The notes beneath the pieces are model-generated. The model had not been told where the DNA came from. It worked only from the letters and a program-made list of their open reading frames with translations, and did not search any database. Both the position numbers and the translations under genes were made by a program. Source: Bacteroidaceae bacterium (GTDB taxonomy: Bacteria > Bacteroidota > Bacteroidia > Bacteroidales > Bacteroidaceae). Taken from it: DNA of 64,000 nucleotides. The number at the start of each line of letters is the position of its first letter. The first letter of the stretch is position 1. The stretch spans positions 2,513-66,512 of the forward strand of contig JAVVPX010000001.1 in assembly GCA_036655555.1 (NCBI GenBank), written 5' to 3'. Positions 51,487 through 60,294 of the stretch are shown here, piece after piece.

Positions 51487-53262
51487 TTAAGCAAATACTT
51501 CGCTTCGCTCAATGTATGCAATAACATCTCCTTTTCTAACCGTTGAGCCTTGAGTAGCACAAACTTCCACTACTCTTCCGGTAAAGTTACTCATTACTTT
51601 CTCTTGCTCTCCCCATGGAGTAGCTATATAACAAAATGCTTCATCGTGCTGATACTTACGCCCAATAAACGGAGAAGTAGAGGGTCCTTCTATCGATACT
51701 TCCCATAATACTTGTCCGTTGTCCGGTGCAATGATTGGATCGGCTTTGATGCGTTTCAGTTTCTTTATATCTTCTTCCGAGAAACCATTCTTTGCCATTG
51801 AAGCATCTTTGGCTCGTAGCAAATCTTCTTCAAAACGTGTCTTAGCTACACCCGACTTTAAGTCTCTATATTGACGGTCGTGCATTGCCAATTCAAACAA
51901 TTCTTCATCGTCATGCCCGTAGTCCCAATGATTCTCGTCCATCTCTTTGCGATAAACATCCAACTCATCGGGATAATTCGATTGTGGGTCTTCGTTAGAG
52001 AACTCATATCCTTTAGAATGAGCAAGCTCTATTATTTCGGGAGCTAGTTCTCCGGGAAGTTTTCCACTCTTGCCTAAAATCATATCCCAAGTATGATTAT
52101 CTATCATTGTCCAACGTTCTTCCCCCTTTATCAGTTGCATGAGATTCATCAAAGCTACGTTTTTGACATATTGACTAAAAGGTGTCACTAAAGGAGGATA
52201 GCCTAATTTAGGCCATACGTATGCCACTTCATCGAAGAGCATTACTACCAAATCGTCTATCGCAAGTTCCGGTTTACCTTGTCCTTTTAAAATCATATTA
52301 ATGCCCGAATGGACTCCTTTCAAGTCCGACATCATAGAACCCATCATGCCTCCCGGAAGTCCACAACCTAACAAAAGAGAAGAAGTATGTTTATTGCTGG
52401 CGTCCATGAAGTAACCTAGGAAGTCATCAATAAACTCTTGAGTCATGCTTCGAGCTTTCATATAAGCCTTCATGTTGATTTCAGGAACTTGGAATCCTGC
52501 GTCTTTTAGCATTGCTTGTACAGAAATAACATCGGGATGAATCTTTCCCCACGATATAGGTTCCATTGCCACATCTATAATATCCGCTCCATTTTCACAC
52601 ACTTCCAACATAGAAGCCATTGATAAGCCCGGACCTGAATGCCCATGATATTGAATAATTATCTCTGGATGCGCATCTTTAATTGCCTTCACTAATTTGC
52701 CCAACATTACCGGCCGACCTATGCCTGCCATATCTTTTAGACAAATCTCTGTTGCGCCTGCCGCAATCAATTTGTTTGCTATATTAGTATAGTATTCCAC
52801 CGTGTGCACAGGCGAGAAAGTTATACAAAGCGTAGCTTGCGGAATCATCCCTGCTTCCAACGCATATTTAATAGAGGGAATAATATTCCTAACATCATTG
52901 AGTCCACAAAAGATGCGGGTAATATCCACTCCTTGAGCTTTCTTTACCTTATACATTAACTTTCGTACATCAGAGGGAACCGGATACATTCGCAAGCCAT
53001 TAAGACCTCTATCAAGCATGTGAGTTTGTATGCCCGCATCGTTAAAAGGCTTAGTAAACGTGCGAACTGCCTTATTAGGATCTTCGCCACAAAGTAAGTT
53101 TACTTGTTCAAATGCTCCTCCGTTAGTTTCTACCCTAGCAAAACAACCCATTTCTATGATTAGAGGCGCAATCTTTGCCAATTGGTCTGCACGCGGTTGA
53201 TATTTGCCCGAAGATTGCCACATATCTCGATAGACGAGACTGAATTTAATTTCTTTTTTCAT
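51487..53262 (-). CDS. Pyruvate carboxyltransferase / oxaloacetate decarboxylase alpha-like protein with atypical biotin-carrier-like domain
   Basis: RDMWQS, GGAFE, CLKDMAG, HGH, LPGGM, GYPPLVTPFSQ; the C-terminal biotinyl-fold pattern lacks MKM. Confidence 0.85.
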   Translation of the reverse strand: MKKEIKFSLVYRDMWQSSGKYQPRADQLAKIAPLIIEMGCFARVETNGGAFEQVNLLCGEDPNKAVRTFTKPFNDAGIQTHMLDRGLNGLRMYPVPSDVRKLMYKVKKAQGVDITRIFCGLNDVRNIIPSIKYALEAGMIPQATLCITFSPVHTVEYYTNIANKLIAAGATEICLKDMAGIGRPVMLGKLVKAIKDAHPEIIIQYHGHSGPGLSMASMLEVCENGADIIDVAMEPISWGKIHPDVISVQAMLKDAGFQVPEINMKAYMKARSMTQEFIDDFLGYFMDASNKHTSSLLLGCGLPGGMMGSMMSDLKGVHSGINMILKGQGKPELAIDDLVVMLFDEVAYVWPKLGYPPLVTPFSQYVKNVALMNLMQLIKGEERWTMIDNHTWDMILGKSGKLPGELAPEIIELAHSKGYEFSNEDPQSNYPDELDVYRKEMDENHWDYGHDDEELFELAMHDRQYRDLKSGVAKTRFEEDLLRAKDASMAKNGFSEEDIKKLKRIKADPIIAPDNGQVLWEVSIEGPSTSPFIGRKYQHDEAFCYIATPWGEQEKVMSNFTGRVVEVCATQGSTVRKGDVIAYIERSEVFA

Positions 53263-53301
53263 GATTATTTAAAGATATTATTAAGGTCTACATTCTTCGT
53301 A

Positions 53302-53309
53302 CAAATATA
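53302..53309 (-). promoter_or_regulatory. -7 promoter box (TATATTTG) for the carboxyltransferase gene
   Basis: Exact TAnnTTTG 40 nt upstream of the ATG. Confidence 0.6.
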
Positions 53310-53359
53310 ACGAATAAGCATTAATTACCTAACCATATTACCTTTATTTTATAATACAA

Positions 53360-53381
53360 ATATATGTTATATACCATATTA
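53360..53381. promoter_or_regulatory. Candidate Crp-family (Cur/BT4338-type) operator upstream of the carboxyltransferase gene
   Basis: ATA-TATGTT-ATAT-ACCATA-TTA, one mismatch from TATGTT-N4-AACATA; 15/18 identical to the pflB site. Confidence 0.55.
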
Positions 53382-53433
53382 ACACAAAAAAAGAGTTTTT
53401 CAATACTCAAGAGCTTACTAAATGATATTTCCT

Positions 53434-54519
53434 TTATTCGTTCAACAATGTCTGCACAATTCTTTCTGCTGCTCTTCCATCCCATCTTTCGGGCAAACTG
53501 CTTTCCTTCCATTCTCCACGCATTAGTTTCTTCAAAGCATTACTTAAAGCTTCAGCATTTTCTCCTACTAGTTCGTTTGTTCCTATGCTACAAGTTTCGG
53601 GATGTTCGGCATAGTTACTTAATGTTATGCAAGGTGTGCCCAAGAATGTAGCTTCTTCGGCTATATTTCCGGAATCGGTTACAATCGCTTTTGCTTTACT
53701 CATTAAATATCCAAATGTAAGGTAGCTTTGCGATGGCAATAGATGTAAATTAGGAGCTTCAATACCTAAATCTTTTATCTTATTACGTACATAAACATGT
53801 AGAGGAGCTACAATAGGAATTCCTTGTGATTGAGTAATCAAAGTATTCATTAATTGCTTAAACGATTCTTCGTCGTTAAGCAAAGAGTGCTTGTTGAGCG
53901 TTAGTAATATATAGCCTTGATTCTTCAACCCAAGTATATCGAAACTAATTGGTTTTACCAATCGATTGCGATTGTATCTAAGCGTATCCATTAATATGTT
54001 TCCTACAAAATAAACGTGTTCACTACCTGCCCCACTCTGATTGAGATTGCGATTAGCTATCATGCCCGCGGTAAATAAATAGTCGGATAAGCCATCGGTT
54101 ATCATTCGATTAATTTCTTTAGGCATATCCATATCAAAAGAACGAGTACCGGCAACTAAGTGAGCTACTTTCACGTTTTTCTTTTTTGCTACGATAGCGC
54201 AAGCCATAGTGGAAGTTAAATCGTCGACAACTAATACTATATTTACCGGATTCTCTTCTAATTCCTTTTCAAAAGCAAACATTATTCCTCCGGCACGTTC
54301 CGATAGATTATCGTGACCAACGCCTAGATAAACGTCCGGCTCTTTCATTCCTAAATCGGAATACAAAGAAGGTTCTAAACTTATATCCTCTTTAAGTCCT
54401 GTGTATATCAGTCTATATGATATGCTTTTACCTTCTTCTTTTGCCTTGTTTATAGCTCTGACGATAGGTGCTATCTTCATAAAATTAGGACGTGCGCCCG
54501 CAATAATACTTATTTTCAT
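53434..54519 (-). CDS. UDP-N-acetylglucosamine 2-epimerase (WecB)-like protein, divergent
   Basis: Start reassigned to 54519 (MKISIIAGARPNFMKIAP). AGTRSFD..MP.EINR, VGN...D, VTDSG...EE, WDGRAAERI. Confidence 0.82.
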   Translation of the reverse strand: MKISIIAGARPNFMKIAPIVRAINKAKEEGKSISYRLIYTGLKEDISLEPSLYSDLGMKEPDVYLGVGHDNLSERAGGIMFAFEKELEENPVNIVLVVDDLTSTMACAIVAKKKNVKVAHLVAGTRSFDMDMPKEINRMITDGLSDYLFTAGMIANRNLNQSGAGSEHVYFVGNILMDTLRYNRNRLVKPISFDILGLKNQGYILLTLNKHSLLNDEESFKQLMNTLITQSQGIPIVAPLHVYVRNKIKDLGIEAPNLHLLPSQSYLTFGYLMSKAKAIVTDSGNIAEEATFLGTPCITLSNYAEHPETCSIGTNELVGENAEALSNALKKLMRGEWKESSLPERWDGRAAERIVQTLLNE

Positions 54520-54598
54520 GTCTGTTGATAGATATTTCTTCAACAAAAATACTATTTCTTTTAGTTATTTCGTTACTTTGCAGACAAAAATTAAAGAT

Positions 54599-55216
54599 AT
54601 GCCCACTTTTGTTCAGATACTAGAGTTCATAGGAACATTTGCATTCGCTATTAGCGGCATTCGCTTGGCTTCCGCTAAACGATTCGATTGGTTTGGAGCT
54701 TACGTAGTAGGTTTAGTCACGGCAATAGGTGGAGGTACTATCCGTGACTTATTATTAGATATTACTCCTTTTTGGATGACTAACCCTATTTATTTAATTT
54801 GTTCGGCATTAGCTTTATTTTTTGTCATTCTCTTCGGCAAGAATTTGATTCATCTTCACAATACTTTTTTCGTGTTCGATACCATTGGTTTGGCTCTATT
54901 TACGGTTGTCGGTGTAGAAAAGACACTTGCGCTGGACTATCCTCTTTGGGTTGCTATCGTTATGGGAAGTATTACGGGAGCAGCGGGAGGCGTTATACGC
55001 GACATCTTTATTAACGAAATTCCGCTAATATTCCGCAAAGAGATATACGCCATGGCCTGTGTGATAGGCGGAATAGTCTACGGCATCTGCCATTGGTTTA
55101 GTTTAGACATCGTATTTACTCAATGCATGAGTGGTTGTAGTGTATTTGTTGTAAGAATGCTTGCCGTGAAATATAATATCTGCCTACCTATATTAAAAGG
55201 TGGGGATAAAGAGTAA
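54599..55216 (+). CDS. TRIC / UPF0126 (YadS-like) membrane protein
   Basis: Start reassigned to ATG 54599 (MPTFVQ). GTFAFAISG, AIGGGTIRD, DTIGLALF, GGVIRD repeats. Confidence 0.9.
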   Translation: MPTFVQILEFIGTFAFAISGIRLASAKRFDWFGAYVVGLVTAIGGGTIRDLLLDITPFWMTNPIYLICSALALFFVILFGKNLIHLHNTFFVFDTIGLALFTVVGVEKTLALDYPLWVAIVMGSITGAAGGVIRDIFINEIPLIFRKEIYAMACVIGGIVYGICHWFSLDIVFTQCMSGCSVFVVRMLAVKYNICLPILKGGDKE

Positions 55217-55235
55217 ATCTACAGAAAATAAATCT

Positions 55236-56198
55236 TTAGAACTGTTCTAGCACTTTAATACGCTTTTCAATGGGTGGATGTGTAGAGAACAAGCCACTTA
55301 GACCGCTAAGCGCGCTCTTTGCTTGCTTACCCGGATTCTGAATAAACAGTTGCGCAATATCTTCTCGCTTCACGGCTTCAATATCGGGATCGACAGATAT
55401 TTTTCTTAACGCATTAGCTAGAGCAAGAGGATTCTTTGTCATCTCTGCTGAACCTGCATCTGCTAGATATTCTCTTTTACGGGATATAGCAAAACGCATA
55501 AGAGTAGCAAAGAAATAACCTATCGCGGCTACTATCATCGCCAAAATCATGATAATCATTCCGCTATTGTTTTTATCGTCTCTGCTTCGAGTGAACGACG
55601 AATAGTAAGCGGAGCGCAATGCCATCTCGGCAATCATGGAAAAGATTCCGACGAAGACGATAGATACAATAAGTAATCTTACGTCACGATTACGGATATG
55701 CGATAATTCATGAGCTATCACCGCTTCGAGTTCCGCATCATCGAGCTTATCTATAATACCTTTAGAAAGGGTTACCGTATAAGTGCTGTTATTTATTCCG
55801 CTGGCATAAGCATTTAAAGAGTCATCGTAGATAATGTTTACTTTAGGCATTTTCATACCTTGGCTCATACAAAGGTTTTCTACTAAGTTGTACACTCGTT
55901 TATTCTCTTTTCGTTCTAAAGGTTGCGCTCCCGTAGCCGAATTGATGATACTCGTGTTGGCAAAATAGGCAATGAGGAACCATACCAACACGCCACCTAT
56001 TACATAAGGTATAATTTGGATAAAGAGGCTTATCACTAGTTCTTGGGTATCTCCATACTCACTTTCGACCGAGAAAGCAGTCAGTAGATAACAAAACAAA
56101 TAGACTAAGCCCACTACTAAGCAAGGAAAAAGCAGCAGTAAGAGCAGCGAACGAAAGTTGTTTCTGCTCTTCTGCGTTTGTATGCCAACGTATTGCAT
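55236..56198 (-). CDS. htpX: HtpX-like M48 zinc metalloprotease
   Basis: NAYASG, HELSH (HExxH), SRKREYLAD, LFSTHPP. Confidence 0.92.
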   Translation of the reverse strand: MQYVGIQTQKSRNNFRSLLLLLLFPCLVVGLVYLFCYLLTAFSVESEYGDTQELVISLFIQIIPYVIGGVLVWFLIAYFANTSIINSATGAQPLERKENKRVYNLVENLCMSQGMKMPKVNIIYDDSLNAYASGINNSTYTVTLSKGIIDKLDDAELEAVIAHELSHIRNRDVRLLIVSIVFVGIFSMIAEMALRSAYYSSFTRSRDDKNNSGMIIMILAMIVAAIGYFFATLMRFAISRKREYLADAGSAEMTKNPLALANALRKISVDPDIEAVKREDIAQLFIQNPGKQAKSALSGLSGLFSTHPPIEKRIKVLEQF

Positions 56199-56216
56199 TT
56201 GTATGATTGAATCTTA

Positions 56217-56780
56217 TTAGAATTTGATGTTGGGTGCTTGATCTAAGCTGGCTCTTTGGTCTACGCCTAAGTCGAACATCATTTCCTTATGGAAACCAAA
56301 CATTCCGGCAAGCAGATTAGACGGAAAAGATTGTACAGCATTGTTTAATTCTTTAGTAGCAGAATTGAAGTAACGGCGCACGGAAGAAAGTTTGTTTTCG
56401 ATGTCCGACACTTCTTCTTGAAGTTGCAAAAAGTTCTGATTAGCTTTCAAGTCAGGATATGCTTCAAGAGTTATCTTAAAACCTGACAAAGCAGAACTTA
56501 ATGTATTTTCTGCTACTATCTTTTCGTCTATTGTCTTTGCGTTAATAGCACCGTTGCGTGCATTTATCACTCTTTCAAAAGTTTCCTTTTCGTGTCCTGC
56601 ATATCCTTTTACTGTTTCTACCAATTGAGGCACTAAATCGTGTCGTTGCTTTAGTTGAACATCTATATCCGCAAAAGCATTTTCTCTATTGTTACGTAGT
56701 CTCACAAGGGAGTTGTACATCGAAGCTATCATAATAGCTAATACCACTACAATACCTAAAATAATCAATGAAGTTACCAT
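56217..56780 (-). CDS. lemA: LemA family protein
   Basis: YNSLV, IDVQLKQRHDLVPQLV, EAYPDLKANQNF, FPSNL. Confidence 0.95.
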   Translation of the reverse strand: MVTSLIILGIVVVLAIMIASMYNSLVRLRNNRENAFADIDVQLKQRHDLVPQLVETVKGYAGHEKETFERVINARNGAINAKTIDEKIVAENTLSSALSGFKITLEAYPDLKANQNFLQLQEEVSDIENKLSSVRRYFNSATKELNNAVQSFPSNLLAGMFGFHKEMMFDLGVDQRASLDQAPNIKF

Positions 56781-56811
56781 CCTTTTTAATTTTTAATTAT
56801 TGAATTCGCCT

Positions 56812-56819
56812 CAAAGATA
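56812..56819 (-). promoter_or_regulatory. -7 promoter box (TATCTTTG) for lemA-htpX
   Basis: Exact TAnnTTTG 32 nt upstream of the ATG. Confidence 0.6.
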
Positions 56820-57005
56820 ATACTATATTAAATAAAATGGTTCTCATAGGCTCTAAAAAACATTAACAAGCTGTGAAAGTTTCAGTTTGACAGTTTGCCC
56901 CCTATCTATTGCTAATTTGTCCCCCTTTTCCTTGAATAACTCTTCGTAACATTGCATTATACAAAACGAATAAAAGAGTCGTTAATCAACTAAAAATGTG
57001 TATGT

Positions 57006-57509
57006 ATGAAAAGTGTAAGTTTTAAAAAAGATTTATTGGGAGTACAAGAAGAGTTACTCCGATTTGCTTACAAACTAACTGCTGATAGAGAAGAAGCAAA
57101 TGATTTATTGCAAGAAACGTCCCTAAAGGCACTGGATAATGAAGAGAAGTATATACCTGACACTAACTTTAAAGGATGGATGTATACAATTATGCGAAAT
57201 ATATTTATCAATAATTACCGTAAAATAATACGTGACCAAACGTTCGTAGACAAAACGGATAATCTTTATCATTTGAGTTTACCACAAAATTCCGGCTTCG
57301 ACAGTTCCGAAGGAGCTTACGACATAAAAGAGATTCATCGTATCATGAATATGCTTCCTAAAGAATATAAAATTCCATTTGCTATGCACGTGTCCGGATT
57401 CAAATACAGAGAAATTGCCGATAAGCTAGACTTGCCGTTAGGTACGGTAAAAAGTAGAATATTCTTTACGAGACAGAGATTGCAAAATCAATTAAGAGAT
57501 TTTGTTTAA
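57006..57509 (+). CDS. ECF-type RNA polymerase sigma factor
   Basis: Region 2 ANDLLQET..KA..FKGWMYTIMRN and region 4 GFKYREIADKLDLPLGTVKSRIF. Confidence 0.93.
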   Translation: MKSVSFKKDLLGVQEELLRFAYKLTADREEANDLLQETSLKALDNEEKYIPDTNFKGWMYTIMRNIFINNYRKIIRDQTFVDKTDNLYHLSLPQNSGFDSSEGAYDIKEIHRIMNMLPKEYKIPFAMHVSGFKYREIADKLDLPLGTVKSRIFFTRQRLQNQLRDFV

Positions 57510-57545
57510 TCAAATCAGTTTAACTAAAATGAATATGATTCTGTA

Positions 57546-57638
57546 GATATTGTTTGCTTTAAAAATATTACTGAAGACTTTTGAAATAATACTGTTCATT
57601 TTTAAAATAATACTGAAGACTTTTTTAAGTCTTCAGTA
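57546..57638. repeat. Intergenic 21-bp-period repeat, copy 3 (B'-A-B-A plus inverted half), ending in a 12-bp hairpin
   Basis: CTG cores at 57571, 57592 and 57613 (degenerate unit at 57550). TACTGAAGACTT-TTTT-AAGTCTTCAGTA perfect stem at 57611-57638, between convergent genes. Confidence 0.85.
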
Positions 57639-57684
57639 AATTATAGACGGGGAATGCTTCGCCTAAAATTAATTCAATCTATAT

Positions 57685-58317
57685 TTATGAAGAAACAACA
57701 TAAGTCATCACAAAATCGGAATACACTTGATAGTGTACAATATGTTGTTTGGCTCTTGTTTTTTGGGTAGATTTAGCGATAAAGCTTCCCTCCTTTTCGG
57801 GAACAAATGCTTCGATATGAATATCTCTTAGCAACTCCACTTCCTCGTTGCCTAATAGTTTGTAGATAGTCTCCTTGGCAGACCAATGCAACAATAAATG
57901 GCATATTTCGTTTGCCTTCACAAGCTGATTTTCTTCGCTTGGCTGCATAAACTTACTACGCACTTTGCCAACCCTATTGCTATGTTGCTCTATATCAATA
58001 CCTACTTCTTCTGTGGGATGCAGAATAACAGCCACATAACCACGTGTATGCGAAATACTTATATGATAAGAATCATCTACAAGATAAGGTTTTCCGTTGG
58101 GTAGATAAGTTATTTCTTTTTCTTCTCCGCACAAAACAGAGAGCAATATCCTCACCGAAAGCCATTCTTGCCGACGCTTATCTGACGAAAAAGCAGCCAA
58201 ACTTGCACGATAAAGTTCCGGCTTTGAGCACAGACTAAGTAATTCGTCTACACTTTCCTCTATTCTCCAAATTCCACGGTGTAAGTTGCCCTCCTTATAT
58301 TGTTGATAAATAGCCAT
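57685..58317 (-). CDS. 4'-phosphopantetheinyl transferase (Sfp/EntD-like)
   Basis: GKPYL, ISISHT, VGIDIE, WSAKETIYK. Confidence 0.93.
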   Translation of the reverse strand: MAIYQQYKEGNLHRGIWRIEESVDELLSLCSKPELYRASLAAFSSDKRRQEWLSVRILLSVLCGEEKEITYLPNGKPYLVDDSYHISISHTRGYVAVILHPTEEVGIDIEQHSNRVGKVRSKFMQPSEENQLVKANEICHLLLHWSAKETIYKLLGNEEVELLRDIHIEAFVPEKEGSFIAKSTQKTRAKQHIVHYQVYSDFVMTYVVSS

Positions 58318-58904
58318 TACCTGCTCCTATAAGTTTCCATCAGCCTAACTACATCCTTTCGTATGTATTCCAAGACAGGTGCTATAGAATCTGCATTGGG
58401 AACTGAGTTGAAATAAAGCGAAGCATTAAAGAAATAAGAGTTACTATCGGTTAATGCTAATTGCAACGGAGTAGCCACATTGCCTTGTATATCGTAGAGA
58501 ATGCCATAAACTCTCGAAGAATCATTTGCATAAAGGTGTTCCTTAATAGCAGTAGCCATTTCGGTATGCTGATAAACTAGTCGATGACTCTCTTCCGCTA
58601 CAATGGAAAAATCAATCGGTTCTATCCGATGCCAAGTGCAATACAATTGAGCATTCAATGCAGGGTAAGTTATATTACAAAAGTATTCGTTCTTTTTTGT
58701 TTGCTGAGAGGAGAATTTTGCTTGATTCGATACATCAAAACGAAAAGGAACAGTATCTGTCGAAAGCGTATAAACCGGTGTGGGCAGTGTTTCCGTAGAA
58801 GTTTTGGTAGTTGTTTGAGTTCCATTGCACGCAACAACGAATAAAACAAACAGCAATAAGGTGTAGCCCGCCATAAATAGGCTATGCTTCTTTTTTGTCT
58901 TCAT
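58317..58904 (-). CDS. gldD: GldD-like lipoprotein
   Basis: Lipobox VVAC; YGILYDIQGNVATPLQ..LTDS...F..SLYF...PNADSIAPV..YIRKD; adjacent to gldE. Confidence 0.8.
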   Translation of the reverse strand: MKTKKKHSLFMAGYTLLLFVLFVVACNGTQTTTKTSTETLPTPVYTLSTDTVPFRFDVSNQAKFSSQQTKKNEYFCNITYPALNAQLYCTWHRIEPIDFSIVAEESHRLVYQHTEMATAIKEHLYANDSSRVYGILYDIQGNVATPLQLALTDSNSYFFNASLYFNSVPNADSIAPVLEYIRKDVVRLMETYRSR

Positions 58905-60222
58905 TGATTGTCAATTTTACTTTTAAGATACGGCGGTCGTCCATTTCGAGTACTTCAAACAAACATCTTCCATACGTTAGTTTCTCGTGTAGAGCCGGGA
59001 ACTCTCCCTTTATTTCCAATAATAGCCCGGCAAGCGTATCAGCCTCTTCGGCTATAGGTTCCAACTCTTCGGCACTCAATTTGGTTATTTTATAGAAATC
59101 GGCAAGTTGAGTCTTAGCTTCAAACACATAAGTTGTGTTATTTAATTTAGAGTACGTACGTTCTTCCGTATCGTATTCGTCACGAATTTCACCCAATATC
59201 TCTTCTATAATATCTTCCATCGTAATAATTCCCGATGTTCCGCCAAATTCGTCCACCACAATAGCAATGTGCGTCTTCATTGTTTGGAAGTCTCGAAGCA
59301 AATCATCAATCATTTTTGTTTCGGGAACAAAGTAAGCCGGACGAATCAATGATTGCCAACGAAAGTTATCCCCCTTGTTGAGGTGTGGCAACAAATCTTT
59401 GATATACAACATACCTTTTATGTTGTCGTGCGAACCGGAATAGATAGGAATGCGAGAATAAGCATTATCTATAATACACTTCAATACTTCTTTAAAAGTT
59501 GATTTTATATCTAAATCGACCACGTCGAGACGAGAAGTCATAATCTCTTTTGCCGTCTCCGCTCCAAAACGAATAATACCTTCAAGGATATTATTTTCTT
59601 CGGATATCTCACTTTTGTCTGTCAACTCCAATGCTTGAGACAAGTCGTTAACCGAGATATTATAGTTCTTCTTGGCGATACACTTATTCACTAAAAAGGT
59701 AGAATGCACTAACAAAGAGGATATTGGCTTAAATATTGTTCTAAGCACATAAATAACAGGAGCTGCTATTCTGCTAAACTTTAAAGTGTGCTGGGCTGAA
59801 TATATTTTAGGCATAATCTCCCCAAAGAGCAAAAGCAAGAAAGTTAATATCACTGTGACAATCAAGAATTCTAATATTTCCGAATTACCAAAGTCGACCA
59901 CGCTTGCAAAGAAATAATTACAAAGCATAATGATAGTGACATTCACGAAGTTATTAGATATGAGAATGGTTGCCAACAATCGTTCCGAGTCAGCTAATAA
60001 AGATTCTATCTTTGTATCAGCAACGTCATTGTGTTGCTCTATATCGAGCAAATCGGAAGGAGAAAGAGAAAAGAAAGCAATCTCTGAAGCAGAGACGAAA
60101 CCCGAGGCAAATAACAGCAACACAGCTAATAATAAAGCTATAATTGCGCCAAAAGAAGGGGAAGTAACGGTTATACCGTCGAATAAAGATGCCAATTGGT
60201 ACAGATACGAGTCAGGGTCCAA
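58882..60222 (-). CDS. gldE: GldE-like HlyC/CorC family protein
   Basis: TTG start. SGFVSASEIAFFSL, FGEIMPK, YSRIP, VVDEFGGTSGIITMEDIIEEI; ssb-gldE-gldD order. Confidence 0.85.
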   Translation of the reverse strand: MDPDSYLYQLASLFDGITVTSPSFGAIIALLLAVLLLFASGFVSASEIAFFSLSPSDLLDIEQHNDVADTKIESLLADSERLLATILISNNFVNVTIIMLCNYFFASVVDFGNSEILEFLIVTVILTFLLLLFGEIMPKIYSAQHTLKFSRIAAPVIYVLRTIFKPISSLLVHSTFLVNKCIAKKNYNISVNDLSQALELTDKSEISEENNILEGIIRFGAETAKEIMTSRLDVVDLDIKSTFKEVLKCIIDNAYSRIPIYSGSHDNIKGMLYIKDLLPHLNKGDNFRWQSLIRPAYFVPETKMIDDLLRDFQTMKTHIAIVVDEFGGTSGIITMEDIIEEILGEIRDEYDTEERTYSKLNNTTYVFEAKTQLADFYKITKLSAEELEPIAEEADTLAGLLLEIKGEFPALHEKLTYGRCLFEVLEMDDRRILKVKLTINEDKKEA

Positions 60223-60252
60223 GGAATTGGGTTTTAGTTAAACAATCGTTTT

Positions 60253-60286
60253 AAGAAAGGGTAAACATTTTATTTACCCCTTTCTT
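60253..60286 (-). terminator. Probable terminator/hairpin after ssb
   Basis: AAGAAAGGGTAAA...TTTACCCCTTTCTT stem with a 1-nt bulge. Confidence 0.6.
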
Positions 60287-60294
60287 TATATTCA

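Noticed and set aside
51487-53262. Carboxyltransferase as part of a Na+-pumping decarboxylase operon with the V-ATPase
   Set aside because: No beta/gamma subunit genes are present, and a strong terminator plus a separate promoter lie between it and the ATPase operon.
57546-57638. 21-bp periodic repeats as a mini-CRISPR array
   Set aside because: Units are contiguous with no unique spacers, occur in both orientations, and no cas genes are present.
57643-57666. AGACGGGGAATGCTTCGCCT as a degenerate GTAG-type REP palindrome
   Set aside because: Single, imperfect copy without the GTAG tetranucleotide and no RAYT gene in the window; too weak to call.
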